Assembly (NCBI GenBank): GCA_040954595.2
Contig: CM082584.2
Location: forward strand, 10,504,452 to 10,568,451
Direction: 5' to 3'
Source: Balanoglossus misakiensis
Taxonomy: Eukaryota > Animalia > Hemichordata
DNA length: 64,000 nucleotides
Part shown: positions 1 to 11,825 of the stretch, one piece after another
How the letters are laid out: each line of letters begins with the position of its first letter
How positions within the stretch are numbered: position 1 is the first letter of the stretch
Notes under the pieces: generated by a model
The model's database searches: none
What the model was told of the DNA's origin: nothing
What the model saw: the letters and a program-made list of their open reading frames with translations, nothing else
Translations under genes and position numbers: made by a program

Positions 1-3000
1 CGTTGACTGGAGTGCCCTCTTTAATGGTCCAATCGTCGGAACTGTCGGCGATGCGTACCTCACTCGGCGATTCTGTGGTAACACATTTTTTTTTACATTA
101 TATGTAAGGATGTCTGTGGTCTCAGTACAGTATTGAGTTTCAAAATGAATCGGAGTAGCCTAACTCCAAGCCTGGACGATTTTTAGCTAACCCCGATGAT
201 TGTGAATTGAACTCATCGAAACAGTCAAAAAGACAACGTCACTTACCAATTACTCTTAATTGAGCAACTTCACTGCGCACACTGCCTTGAAACTCTGTCG
301 CACCAACTTCACAGTGGTACATGCCTTCGTCTTCTATCTGCGCTCGTGAAATACGCAAATCATAGTCTTCAACCAGGCTGTATCGGCCGTTTGAAAGTTG
401 AGAGGTTGTCGCCGGGTAACTGGTATTGGACAGGGATATCAGAACGACGTTCTTCTTAAACCACGTGAGAGGGCCAACTCGATCTGTGACACCACATCTA
501 AAGATGACGTCGCTCCCGTAACGGGTGACCGTACTTTGTGGCGAAACGGCAATTTTCTGTCTCCCTGTGAAGAGGAAGCGGGGAAAAGATTGAACGGTTT
601 GGACACCTGACTAAGTTAGTAAGGTCGTTCACAAATTTCGACGCATAATTACCTCTCGAGATGATGGTGACGCTTCTGGCTCGATAGGTACCAACATCGT
701 CAACAACCGAACACGTGTAGATGCCACCTTCGTGCACCGAAACCGCATCATCTGTATATGTCAGCGACGACCTATCAAGATTCAAGAAGAGCAGAAATGA
801 TTGTCCCTCGTCGTACGGGTGGCCTGCCAAACGACGACGCTGTCCAAGTTTGTGTATATGGGACAGGGTAGTGGCCAGCGTCTAATCGGGACTAATATGG
901 GGGACAAAACTATCACCAGTCATCAAAAGGATCTCCGTTGCCAGATTGATGATCACGTTCCCATCAAAGAAGGATCTGGTACCTCCACCCATAATTGCTG
1001 CAATAACGTTTCTCAACTCACCCTTGGTATTGCTGCGGTTGGTCGATTGTTTGACGCCTGAGAACGACGCCCTCCTTAGACCACTCTATCGTATCCACGG
1101 TGACACCATACACATTGCAAGTTAAAGAAAGGGAATCGTTGACAAATACTGGGTCTGGATGCTGGTGGATTTCGATGGTAGGGGATACTATAATGACAAA
1201 GAAATAAGTAAAATTGACATCAGAACATTCTTTGTCCTCACTGAGAAGCAAGAGCATGAAGTAAGTGGACGCAAGAGTTGTACCAAGTGCAACACGTACA
1301 AAGCAAAGAGCCATCCCCAAAAATTTCGCCCACGTTGCTCATTCCAAACGACAATATGAAAAAGGCACAAGGAAACTAACTCGCCTTCACTACAAGTTTC
1401 GCCGCTCCAACCTTTGGCGCACAGGCAGTCGCCATTAAAAACATGGCAAGTGGCACCATTTTGACACCTGCAGTCACTGTCACATTTCGCGCCGTATTTG
1501 CCAACGGGACAACCTAAAATAGAAAGAATGTGAATTTATGAACCAGGCTCATTCAAGTTAATGACTGACAAAGAGTCCTTGTTTTTGGTAATTCTAGCCC
1601 ACTGGCAAGTCATACCAGAGCGACACTGTTTTATCGAGCTGACGCGATACCCGCGGCGCACATCTTTCCACTGGAGCTTCGACTTAGAACAATCACAATA
1701 ATTTGCACTTGAAAAAAGTAAAGTACCTTTAGGATACATATTAACAGAGGGGGCGTACAACTCGGACGAGATATCGTATCGGTTGTAGTAGGCCGTGCAT
1801 CTGATCCGGACCACAGGCGTCGCCAAGAAGTAGGGGAAATGGAATCGAATGATTCCACCCCCAATGTCATCTTTCCAAGACGCCGGCAATACATGGTTCT
1901 CCGGTACTGGCGACAGATCACCGACAACTGGAAAGAAGGGGACGATTGATAACAACTAACTGAAACTAGGTTGAGGAGGAGGAGAAAGGGGGAGGGGGTT
2001 CGATACCCACCGCCACCACTTAGGACCAACCAGGTTCTTCAAGGGTTGGAGACTCGCGCCATGAGAAATAGTTAAGAAAATGGCGTACGGCAGTATACGT
2101 AGTACTCAAACGTGCGGGTATAGATCATCTTTATTTCAATATTACCAGCTTGTGAAATGCTGTACCAGATTCACTTGGTATTTCGCAAACTTACACTGAT
2201 CGGCGAATGTTCCGGGTCGTATTATAAATGTCTGTACTTCCATCTCGACCTCACTGTACTGGGACACTGAATCCCGGGACTCGTTATCTTCAAATGCATC
2301 ACTTCCGTGGGCTTTACAAGTGATGTCCAAACCTTGTGGTTCGATGAAATAAAATGTGACAACATATTTCAACCAGATATACACATCCAAAACGCCTGTA
2401 ACGTAAGCAGAGGAGGCAAGAAATGAATTTCAGACGATGATTCGTGCAAATGAGTGCCCATAATCGCCGTGTCACCTCATCGTAGTGAATGGAATGAATT
2501 GAATTATCAGCGACACGCTATGAATTCTCACTTTTTACTGAAAAAAAGGAAGACGGGAATTCTTTCATTCTCAAATATCATTGAAAACTTGAAAATGATT
2601 TTTTCAACATATTTGGGGACTGCTGTGTTTACACCGCAAAGTATGGACGAGAAAAAATCCGAGTCAGATCAACGAAGAAACATACAACCGGGAAGTATTA
2701 ACAACTCTTATTATCGCAGAACGGTCCAAAGCGACTTTGGATGAATGCCAACTGCAGTGCCGTGCCAACAGAAAGCGAACGCCTGCCACTTACAATTGTC
2801 AGACGGAAACAGCGCATGAGCAGTGATATTGGTTGATCGTGGGTCCAGCTGTTCAGGAGGAATATTCATACTGGACTGCATACTAATCAGAGGGTCACCC
2901 TATGTCAAAAAAGAGAAAAGAAAATCACTCATCAGGGTTCCTAAAAACACTCTGTGGTTCAAATTGCTGAACAAAAGAGACCCACAAACTCATTTTATTC

Positions 3001-3230
3001 TTTTCATTAAAATTGGTCGAACCATCTGTCCGTGGTCGAAAAAATAGAAAATAAGTTACAGCCACGATCACGTACGATAGAATTATAATCACCTGTGACA
3101 AGTGACTTTCTGGTATCCGACTTTGATCAACGTTGTGCATGTCACATGACGCGTCATACCCTGACAGTGAAGTCTGAACGTTCAGCAGACACAAGACCCA
3201 GAAAAACACGCCGTCTTTTCTGCGCCACAT
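1..3230 (-). CDS. EGF/Ig-domain cell-surface receptor, paralog of the + strand Ig-TIR gene; 3' part runs off the window
   Basis: Reconstructed exons: 3230-3093 (signal-peptide-like MWRRKDGVFFWVLCLLNVQTSLSG), 2899-2794, 2395-2195, 1927-1727, 1513-1385 (EGF CPVGKYGAKCDSDCRCQNGATCHVFNGDCLCAKGWSGETC), 1187-1022 and 771-653 (Ig: LSLTCNVYG...WSK...EGGIYTC), 564-247 (Ig V-like: GSDVIFRCGVTDRVGPLTW...YDLRISRAQIEDEGMYHC), 72-<1. Intron phases match the + strand gene exon for exon, and the 129-nt and 119-nt exon lengths are identical. Confidence 0.85.
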
Positions 3231-5875
3231 TGTCTGTGAAGAGGAAGGATAGTTATTAAAACTTCTCTCCGGGAGGTAGACTCTGGCCCTCGAGCCCAGA
3301 ATGAACTTGACTAAATGGTGCACATCACCGTTTAAAAACTTTTCGAAAGACCTTGACCCAGGGTGACGTACACTAGTGAAAGTAAACCCGCGGCTCGGGT
3401 CGGCTTTAAGTTGGCCAATCGTGGTTAAGGTTGCAAGTAGAACTCAATTGTGATTCTGTTGACTGAAATCGGATCAGCGTTATCCTACACTACCACAGTA
3501 TACAGCTATATAAAACAGCGCTGTGTCAAGGAAGCGCAGCAAACATGACTCGGATCAATAAATTGTCTGCGATTTCGCTTCAAGTTGTAGAGTACTACGA
3601 CTGCTGAATCTGTACACAGCGTTATTTGTCGCGTGACATGATCGCCCACGTCAGTAACTCACCTTTGTGACAGTCAATATCATAATCTACTGGTGCACCT
3701 TGAAGTTTAAAAAGTCGCACTGTTTTTTAAACCCGTGACGTTCCTGGTTTGAACAACGCAATGGTGCCAACGCATGTTTTCATAAACTTTAGTCAGTACA
3801 ACAGGAAATCTTAGGTCACTTCGTTTTATTAATAGCCCGCTACTTGTCAATGTCAGATCACAGTTCCTCAGGTTCCTTTCAGAAAAAAAGCTAGATCGTG
3901 CCAGTTGTACTCACCCGAAATCAGTATTCTTCTCCGCTGGTCGAAAGTAGCAATATTTACTGTGAAATCATCGACGAGAACAGCAGGAAACACTGCGCAT
4001 AGGTGACTTGTAAACAGTGTTTATGGTCCGGGTGAGCTTAATAGGCGGAAACGCCCGGTGCACAACAGAGAAAGGCCCTGCCCCTTTGTCGTTCGGACGA
4101 TACAGTTGAACAGAAAGTCTGGCTTTCTCACGTAAACCAGCCCCCTTTTTTCAATTCTTTAACTTTCTTCGGTGGTCTTACACGAGCTTGAGAAAATATG
4201 AATCGCCGTCGGAATTTTCCAGACAGGTAATGCGAGAAAGTAGTTGACAGGAACTTTCCGTGCACGGCACCAGGAAGTCAACAAGTAGAAATAGCGCAAT
4301 ACGTCATGAACTGGTGTGGCCTTCACCTAAGATATACCTTTCACCTAGGGACTGTCGGTATCAACATAGTTGTCATGGCTGTATTTAATTTTCAGGCAAA
4401 CCGACACATGGTTCGATATCAGCTACCCCTTAGCAAATAACGAAGTTGTAGCTTTTGACGTATCAGGTAAATTTACTTACTCTCGGGGGCGGAAGAAAAC
4501 TGCCGCAGTAATTTTGGCCACCTGCTGTTTAAGTTATTCACATCGACGACCCCTGTGTGTTGTGTTGAGGCCGGGTCGCGTCAGTAACTAGAACGGCAGG
4601 GGTGGAGATTAAAAGTGGCTGTGTTCACCACCACAGGTCGATGCGATTTGTGCGAGTTGTATCTGCGAAATTCAGCTGTCGAATATATGTGAAGAGAACC
4701 AACGACAACCTCGACGTATTGGGACACGAATCTTGGGGAGAGTAGGTATGTAACACATTCTTTTCAGGAGTATGACAGTAAATATGATTTTCCCTTTGAT
4801 TTTTGGTGTCCTCATTAACATTGAGCTTCGAAACAGTGACGCCTGTCGAGATTTTGTCTTTTATTCTGAAATATTTCTTGTCGTTTGTGCTATTTTAAAC
4901 ACAGTCGTGTTGGTCGACATTTTAAAAGTTAACGTCATACACTGAGTAAACAGTGAAGTGAGTCTGCGCGTGTTCTTCGAGTTTGCAAATTGCCAAAACA
5001 CTTCACGCGACTGTTCCCAAGGAAACCGGAGGTTTATAAAACGCCAGATGTTCTTTTCTAAACTGGGTCTACCATTTTCAAGTTTACTCTACACTTTATT
5101 TAGAAAATGTTTTATGTACAATTTTATTCCAAATCTCCACTTTACTCAGCTATACATGTACCAATAACTGGTTACTTGTATCATTGGCTCAGTCTGTTTA
5201 TCTTGCAAGGGAACGCCACTCATCCGATATCCTGGTCATGTCCGGCATTGAGACCCTCTCCCTCGAAGCTCTATTGTCCGGCTTTATGCCCACATGAATT
5301 ACTTCTTTGTATCGTGAGCTGAAAAGTACCCTATCGCTTTCCCTTCAGGCCTGGCCTGACCTGCTTCTGAATTTCATGGGTCATTGAGGTCACGGAAGTC
5401 CGGCAAAATATATTTACGGTGCGGCTTTATATACCCGCCTCTACCGTCGTATATTATTTCTTTTCACTCATCTGGAACTTACAGCCGACGCCCAAGAAGA
5501 AAGCCATATATTAATAACTTTGTGTAACTGCGCTTGATTATTCTACAGAATTATGCTTCACCCATCAGGAAATAGTTGTTTTTTTTTCTCAATAATTTTG
5601 TCCTTTTCGCAATTTTGTCTAATACCCAAATTGTCCCTTTAAAATATTAAGGCGGACAATGGTTACAAACGGCACCGAAGAGTGCTCAACGTATACCTTA
5701 GCTTGACATTTTCATAGATAAGTTGACTTGAATTATATTAAATTTCGACTTCCGTGAATGCAGTACGCAAATAAAATAGCAACGATAAAGTACGGTCAAT
5801 ATTCGTGGCGTTTACTATAATTTTCAAAAAGAGTAATTCTTATTTCCTTGATTCTTAACAGCTACAGATTAAAAC
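3231..5875. promoter_or_regulatory. Shared divergent promoter and 5'UTR region of the two receptor paralogs
   Basis: The ATGs at 3230 (-) and 5876 (+) face away from each other. Each is directly preceded by a splice acceptor (ttcctcttcacag; ttcttaacag), implying non-coding first exons. Candidate donors lie at ~3660 and ~3912 (-) and ~4746 (+). Rel/NF-kB-like ggaattttcc (4211-4220) and ggaactttcc (4250-4259) and ETS-like caggaagt (4271-4278) are present. Confidence 0.45.
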
Positions 5876-7547
5876 ATGCCGAAGTTCTTCTCTGTGCCTG
5901 CGACAATCGTCATCGCTATCGTGGCCATTGACATCGTTTGTTGTTCGGATTTCGGTTGGCCGTGTTACAGGAACAAAACGGATGTTGTAACAACCAGCGA
6001 ATCGCCGGTGAGTTAAACTCCAAATGCGACTATCAATGTATATAGATCTACATGTGTTTTATTGTTTATTGTGCATTATCTGGATTCGTCATCTTAATTT
6101 TGACCAAGGATTCAAAAAGTTACACTTAAACAAATGAAGGGAATATCAAAGTTACAGACAACTGTCCCCCTCTCTCAATGCTACCTTAATATCGGTACAT
6201 TTGTATCTGCATGAACCCATTACACGAAAAAGGGCCAGTGTGTAGCAGAATATTCTAAAATAAAAATGCGTTCGGCCTTCTCATTTCCAGAATGGCGAAG
6301 CTCTGTCATTGAAAATGATGGGTGGAACGAATTTACTACTTGTGCTCAGGAACCTAGATTCAAGAGTGTTCACAACGGACAACTGTGAGTATGAATATTT
6401 ACTGATAGGCGTTTGGCATGTACCTCATTTCGCAAGTTTTTATTGCAGCCCTTGCCATTTTGAGCAGCACGTTTTTAATGCAGCGTGCGACGAGTCAGAG
6501 TAACACACGTCAGAGTTAAGAAGCCATTTCGAATCGGGTTGCTTTGAAAGTTGCCGATAATGGTCTCTATAGGCCCATACGACACCATACCAATAAACGT
6601 ATGCTTAGCCTATCTGGCACTCAGTGAAAGAGCTAGCTGGGTATATGTTGCAATTTATATGCCATCACTTTAAGCCTATAAATCACATTCTTGTAAGAGT
6701 AACCTTCTTTCCCTTGCCAGGTGGCGCAGACGTATACATTCACGCCTACTGGGCGTTCGACGCACATTTTGTTGACCAGTTATTTGCCAGTATTCTCTGC
6801 AATCACTACGGTGTGTCTCAAGTCCACATGGAATCGACTCTTCTCAGAGTTGGAGACATTCAAGATACCACCGACGGTCAGTAACACTAATTATCTGAAC
6901 ACGAAAGACGCTCCAGTCGAAAAAAAAGTGGAATTGCCAAAAAATGTAGGAGGGCGAGAAACCTGCATCTAAGAGGAGTAGACACGTACACCAGTCACCT
7001 ACTGGTCGTAATCTGTGCATGTGTCCATTATGTCCGAGTTGCATGGTGTTTCAAAGTCCTTTTCAAAGTACTTACTGGAAAATGCTTGTTTTCTAAGAAC
7101 ATCACTAGAATCGATGCTGGCAAACAAGTTTTCAGCGAGATCGGTGAACATTTTGATTATATTTAACGTTTTGTACTTAAAATCTACAAATCCACTTTGC
7201 CATATATACTGTTATTATTTTTCTATGTTTCAAATAATTATTCTTCTGTACTTACAGTGAGGGGACAACTCGCCCATCCGCTTCCAGAGGAATGGTTACA
7301 CAGTGGACCTCTTATTCAACTTCATTTCACCAATTTTATATCTGTTGATAGTCTTGTACTGATCTGCTCACCCAGATATTTTGGCACCACCTACGTGGAG
7401 ACTGACCTTGAAATAGTCATCGACTTTACTGGTAATATCACAAATCAATTACGTTTCGTATTTAAATTATTTCGTGTGCTTGCTGGCATTGAAATCTTAC
7501 TATTTGCAAGAGCAGGTTCATTAGAATCATCGTCGTCGTCGTCGTCG

Positions 7548-7634
<87 letters not shown>

Positions 7635-10600
7635 CCCCCACCTGCTACCAGCTGCTAGCAAGAATGTGAAATGGCTAACACTGACGTGTAACATTCCCCT
7701 TTACTTCTGCAGGATGCGCCCCGAACAAATACGGTGGTGACTGTAGTCGTGACTGTAACTGTGAAAATGGTGGTTTGTGCCACGATTTTAATGGAGCATG
7801 TTACTGCCAAAAAGGTTGGACGGGAACAAACTGTGCTATTCGTAAGTATCGAATGTCGAAGTTAATCTATTTTATGTATGAAATGCGTGAGTGGGCTTCT
7901 GTTCAGTTTATGTTTGTTTTATTTTTTTGTTTAAGCATTATTCGTTTATTGACCGTATTGTAACTTTCTACTGTATAGCTAACCCGACGGTTGAGATCAG
8001 CCAAACACCGAAGGCGGTTTTGTATACCGGAAACGTCACTCTTACCTGTGTGGCATATGGGATGACCTCACAAACAATGACCTGGACTAAAAATGGACAT
8101 ATTGTCCGAAGTACGGAGGGATACACTATCTATCGTGACGGGTAAATTGTTCATGTTTTTTAGTAGAGAAAATACTGAAAGATGCGAACTGAACATTCTA
8201 CTACTTTGATAAGGGACTGGCTATATGCGTTTTAATATGCGAATGTGCGAAATATACTGCGCTATTAACTGACAGCCAAGGTATAATGCGTTTGGTTTCT
8301 ATTTTTTACAGGAACGTTCTTTCGCTTGAAATATCACATGTCCAACACGGCGATGATGGCTTGTACACATGTAACGTTGAGAGTTCCAATGGAAGGACTT
8401 TCGAATTGGCGACAGTACTGACCTCCTCAGGTATGACAATTAAGCCACGAGACATCTATAGTATATAATCACGGGCCAATAAATGATCATGGCGACGATT
8501 TCTATTCGGGAGTTTCGGGTAGTTTATGCACCTTTCTTCGACCATAGGCATGTGAAGTTTTTGAAATTCTGCCAAGTCCATGTGTATTAGCTAATCAGGG
8601 GAAACATGCTACCTTTCTTGTCTAGATAGGAAATATCATTGGAATGATAAAAAAAGATGTATTCGTGGGAGTGTGATGCGTATCTAACCTTAAAGGTATT
8701 ATGTTGATGGTTACCAAAATTTCGAGATTACTTTGATGAGAGCTGAATTCTTGCAAAAGTCCACTTTTGCGATAACCTGACGTCATTTTACCGATTTTGT
8801 GTTCCCAGATCACCAGAGTTTCACCAATGAGCCAAATGACGTAACAGACTTAGTAGGAAGTGACGTAGTTTTCCAATGTGCTGTGGCCGATCGCGCTGGC
8901 CAGCTGTATTGGTACATGGACGGGGACACCATCTTGGCCGTTGGGGATGACGTCATTCCCGAATGGGCAAAGACACGATTTAGCGTTGACAGTGATGCTG
9001 AGGGCGGCAGGTATAATTTGAACATCAAGAACGTAACTACCGAAGATGACCGCGAATATCATTGCGGAGTTGGGCCTGCATTTGAACAGAAAGCCATTGC
9101 ATCCAAGTCTGCGCAGTTGACTGTTCTTGGTAAGTGCTCTATACACAATATGAATCTTCAGTAGGCTACGTCAAAGCTCGTCCGAGTCTGCAAAAGCAGC
9201 TTAGACTGATCAAATCCCCCATATTACCATTGCACCATTTAACGGATTGTGAAACTTTAGTTATCAATTAAACTTAATCGCCTGTATGACTTGTCCTTCT
9301 GTTGGCATGGTGTTGTGTTGCGAATTATTGAACTACATGTACGTTAACAGAAACTTTTTGGAAATCATCACTTTGTTCTTGTAATATTATGATTTTCCAC
9401 GCGTCCATATTTTCCTCCCAGAAAGCGCGGCGGGCCCCACGATAGACGAGGCTGGCGACTTTGCCAGCTTGAACTTCCTGGCAGATTCGCCAGTGACCGT
9501 GACGTGTCGGGCCCAAAATGGCAAGCCGCCGGCCAGTATCAATTGGTACAAGAATGGCGTATTGGTGACTACGAATGTCACGACCATGCTCGAAGTTGGC
9601 ACCAGGAATCGGATGGATACTGTCAGTGTCCTGGCCGCTCAGCTCACGTATGACGATGTAGCGGGAAATATCACCTGCGAGGCGTGGAGTGATGTGCTCA
9701 GCTATCGCAAGAGGGTGTCTGTGACATTGGAGGATTTAAAATGTAAGCAGGAGGAAATATTAAATATGTACATTTTCAAATTCAAAATGTACGCGCACTG
9801 GATGTCGGGCTGTACATTTCAGCAGAAACTGAAGAAAGTTGCCCCTGGTCGTACTTGACAAGTTTGACTGAAAACAAACCAAAAAAGAAAAAGAACCCAA
9901 ATTCCTATAGTTTTTTTCCATCCCTTGTATACATTATCTCATATCGCGTGTTTTTGTTTGTTTGTTTGTTTGTTTGTTTGTTTGTTTGTTTAGACACTGT
10001 CACCTGTTGTAAATACCATGCCTATATTCCACAGACAAACCACGAGTCAACGTTACATACGAACCCCGGACACCGAGAGAGGGCGATAACGTCACCTTCT
10101 CATGCCATGCGGAGGCCAATCCAGGCAACGTCACGTACAGATGGGTGGTGCAAAACGACCTTGCCAGACATGAAAACGGCTCACTTCTCAAACTCTTTGC
10201 AGTCAAAGGTCAAGAGTCAGCTCTGGAAGTAACATGCGTTGCGAAAAACGAAGTTGGCGATGGTTACTACAGGACATCTGTAAATATACGCACTCGTAAG
10301 TCACAATCACTTGCCATGCCTCTCATTACACTGGTCTAGGTAGGACACCCCCTGATGGCCAACTTAACTGTATTCCGTGACTTTGTCGATTGTGGTGGGC
10401 AAGTAATTACCGTTCTGTCGATTCAATTTACACTTCTGGGTTTTCATGTACATGTATATAGATCATAAATTGATACAACTATTTTTTCTCTTTTCTTCCG
10501 AACATCTTCTCCCTTCGTATGATTTGTAACAGACCTGAGCAATAAGTGGATCCTGATGGTAGTGCTGTGTGGGTGCTTTGGTTTGACTTTGGTCCTTGTG

Positions 10601-11656
10601 GCGCCCGTGATTACGTACCTTCAACGTTACAAAATGCAACGTTGGTTACTCTGGCACTTTGGCGGATACGAAGAAAATGGTACGTATTGTACAGTACCTG
10701 TACTATTCCTCAATTACTGCGAAACCGCTGTTCCCGCAGTATTGATCTACAGAGGGCGCCCTTTACACATGCCGCATACACCAGCGCAAGCAAAAATCTT
10801 TTCATTTCTTCTATTGGTCTAAAAACGTTCATTACTTTTATATAAGATTAGCCAAATGTTTGATACACGTAACGTTTTTTTTTATTCAGATGGGAAAACA
10901 TACGACGCCTTTGTGTCTTACAAAGGTAGCGAATGTGGATCAGAATATAGAACAGAGGATGAGAAGTTTGTGCATGACATCCTCATACCAGAACTGGAAA
11001 AAGGCGGCAAGTACATCATATGTGAACACCACAGGAATTTTGTACCTGGAGTAGGTAAGTGTATCCTGATGTACAAGAACATGGAAGAATTCTTTTCCAT
11101 GGCCTCTGCATGACCTTATATCCTGGTATTTTCGTTCTTGGTATGAATTTATCAGTTTGATTGAAAACACAAAATTGCAGCAGTCATTTGTACCACGGTC
11201 CCTCTGTATACTAAGAGGGACTGTGTTTGTACTCATTGCCTCTGCAACTCATTTTCTGTTCGGCTGTCCACAGATATCGCCACAAACATCATCAGCGCAA
11301 TCAACGCGAGTCGTCGCACGATTCTAGTCTTGTCGCCCGGCTTTGTCCGGAGCGAGTGGTGCCGCTTTGAATTCCTGAAAGCGCAGGAAGAAATGCTGAA
11401 GAAGAAAATCAAAATCATCCCCATCATGCTCGAGGACATCTCGACAATGGAGGACATGGACGCTAACCTGAAGAGCCTGCTGAGCGAGATATCCTACATC
11501 TCCTGGTCGCCCGAGGACAGCGGGAACAGGTTTTGGGACAACATGAAGTACGCCATGCCCCGCAAACGGCCGAGGAAGGCCGGAGAGGCGGCCAAACGCG
11601 AGCGGCCAATCATGCTCACCATTGCGAGCGACAATGAAACATATGCAACCTGCTGA
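5876..11656 (+). CDS. IL-1 receptor-like TIR-domain receptor with signal peptide, N-terminal Cys domain, EGF, 4 Ig domains, TM and TIR (~854 aa, 13 coding exons)
   Basis: Exons 5876-6007, 6291-6384, 6721-6876, 7258-7431, 7713-7841 (EGF CAPNKYGGDC...CHDFNGACYCQKGWTGTNC), 7979-8141, 8312-8430, 8809-9129, 9422-9742, 10035-10295 (Ig domains with canonical C..W..C motifs), 10533-10679 (TM WILMVVLCGCFGLTLVLVAPVITYL), 10890-11054 (TIR box1 DGKTYDAFVSY, BB loop HRNFVPG), 11274-11656 (SRRTILVLSPGFVRSEWCRFEF, box3 RFWDNMKYAMP). All introns are GT-AG and the total of 2565 nt stays in frame. Confidence 0.9.
7527..7634. repeat. (TCG)n/(TCA)n trinucleotide microsatellite in an intron
   Basis: Direct read: about 7 tcg units followed by a long tca run, between exons 4 and 5 of the TIR receptor gene. 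Confidence 0.95.
9951..9991. repeat. (TTTG)n microsatellite in an intron
   Basis: Direct read of tttgtttgtttg... Confidence 0.9.
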
Positions 11657-11825
11657 GAATACGGTAAACATCATGCAGTGATATGATGAGATTTATTTCA
11701 CATTGTGACATAGTAGAGTTTACAATGAACTTGTATTTTCTGATGAAGAGTTGGGTGGGAGTCAAAGTTCAAAGGTCACAGATCTTGGACACCATCTCCA
11801 AATTATGATTCCCCATATTCAAAGT

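Noticed and set aside
565-652. Alternative in-frame acceptor at ~608 in the - strand receptor
   Set aside because: It would give a ~45-nt intron. The acceptor at 565 has a better pyrimidine tract and matches the paralog's exon start.
7432-7658. Poly-Ser tail of ORF 7197-7658
   Set aside because: It is read-through past the donor at 7432 into an intronic (TCA)n microsatellite. A secreted intron-retention isoform cannot be excluded but has no support.
11350-11380. TIR WCxxE glutamate as a sign of NADase activity
   Set aside because: This Glu is also present in many scaffold-only TLR TIR domains, so it is not diagnostic.
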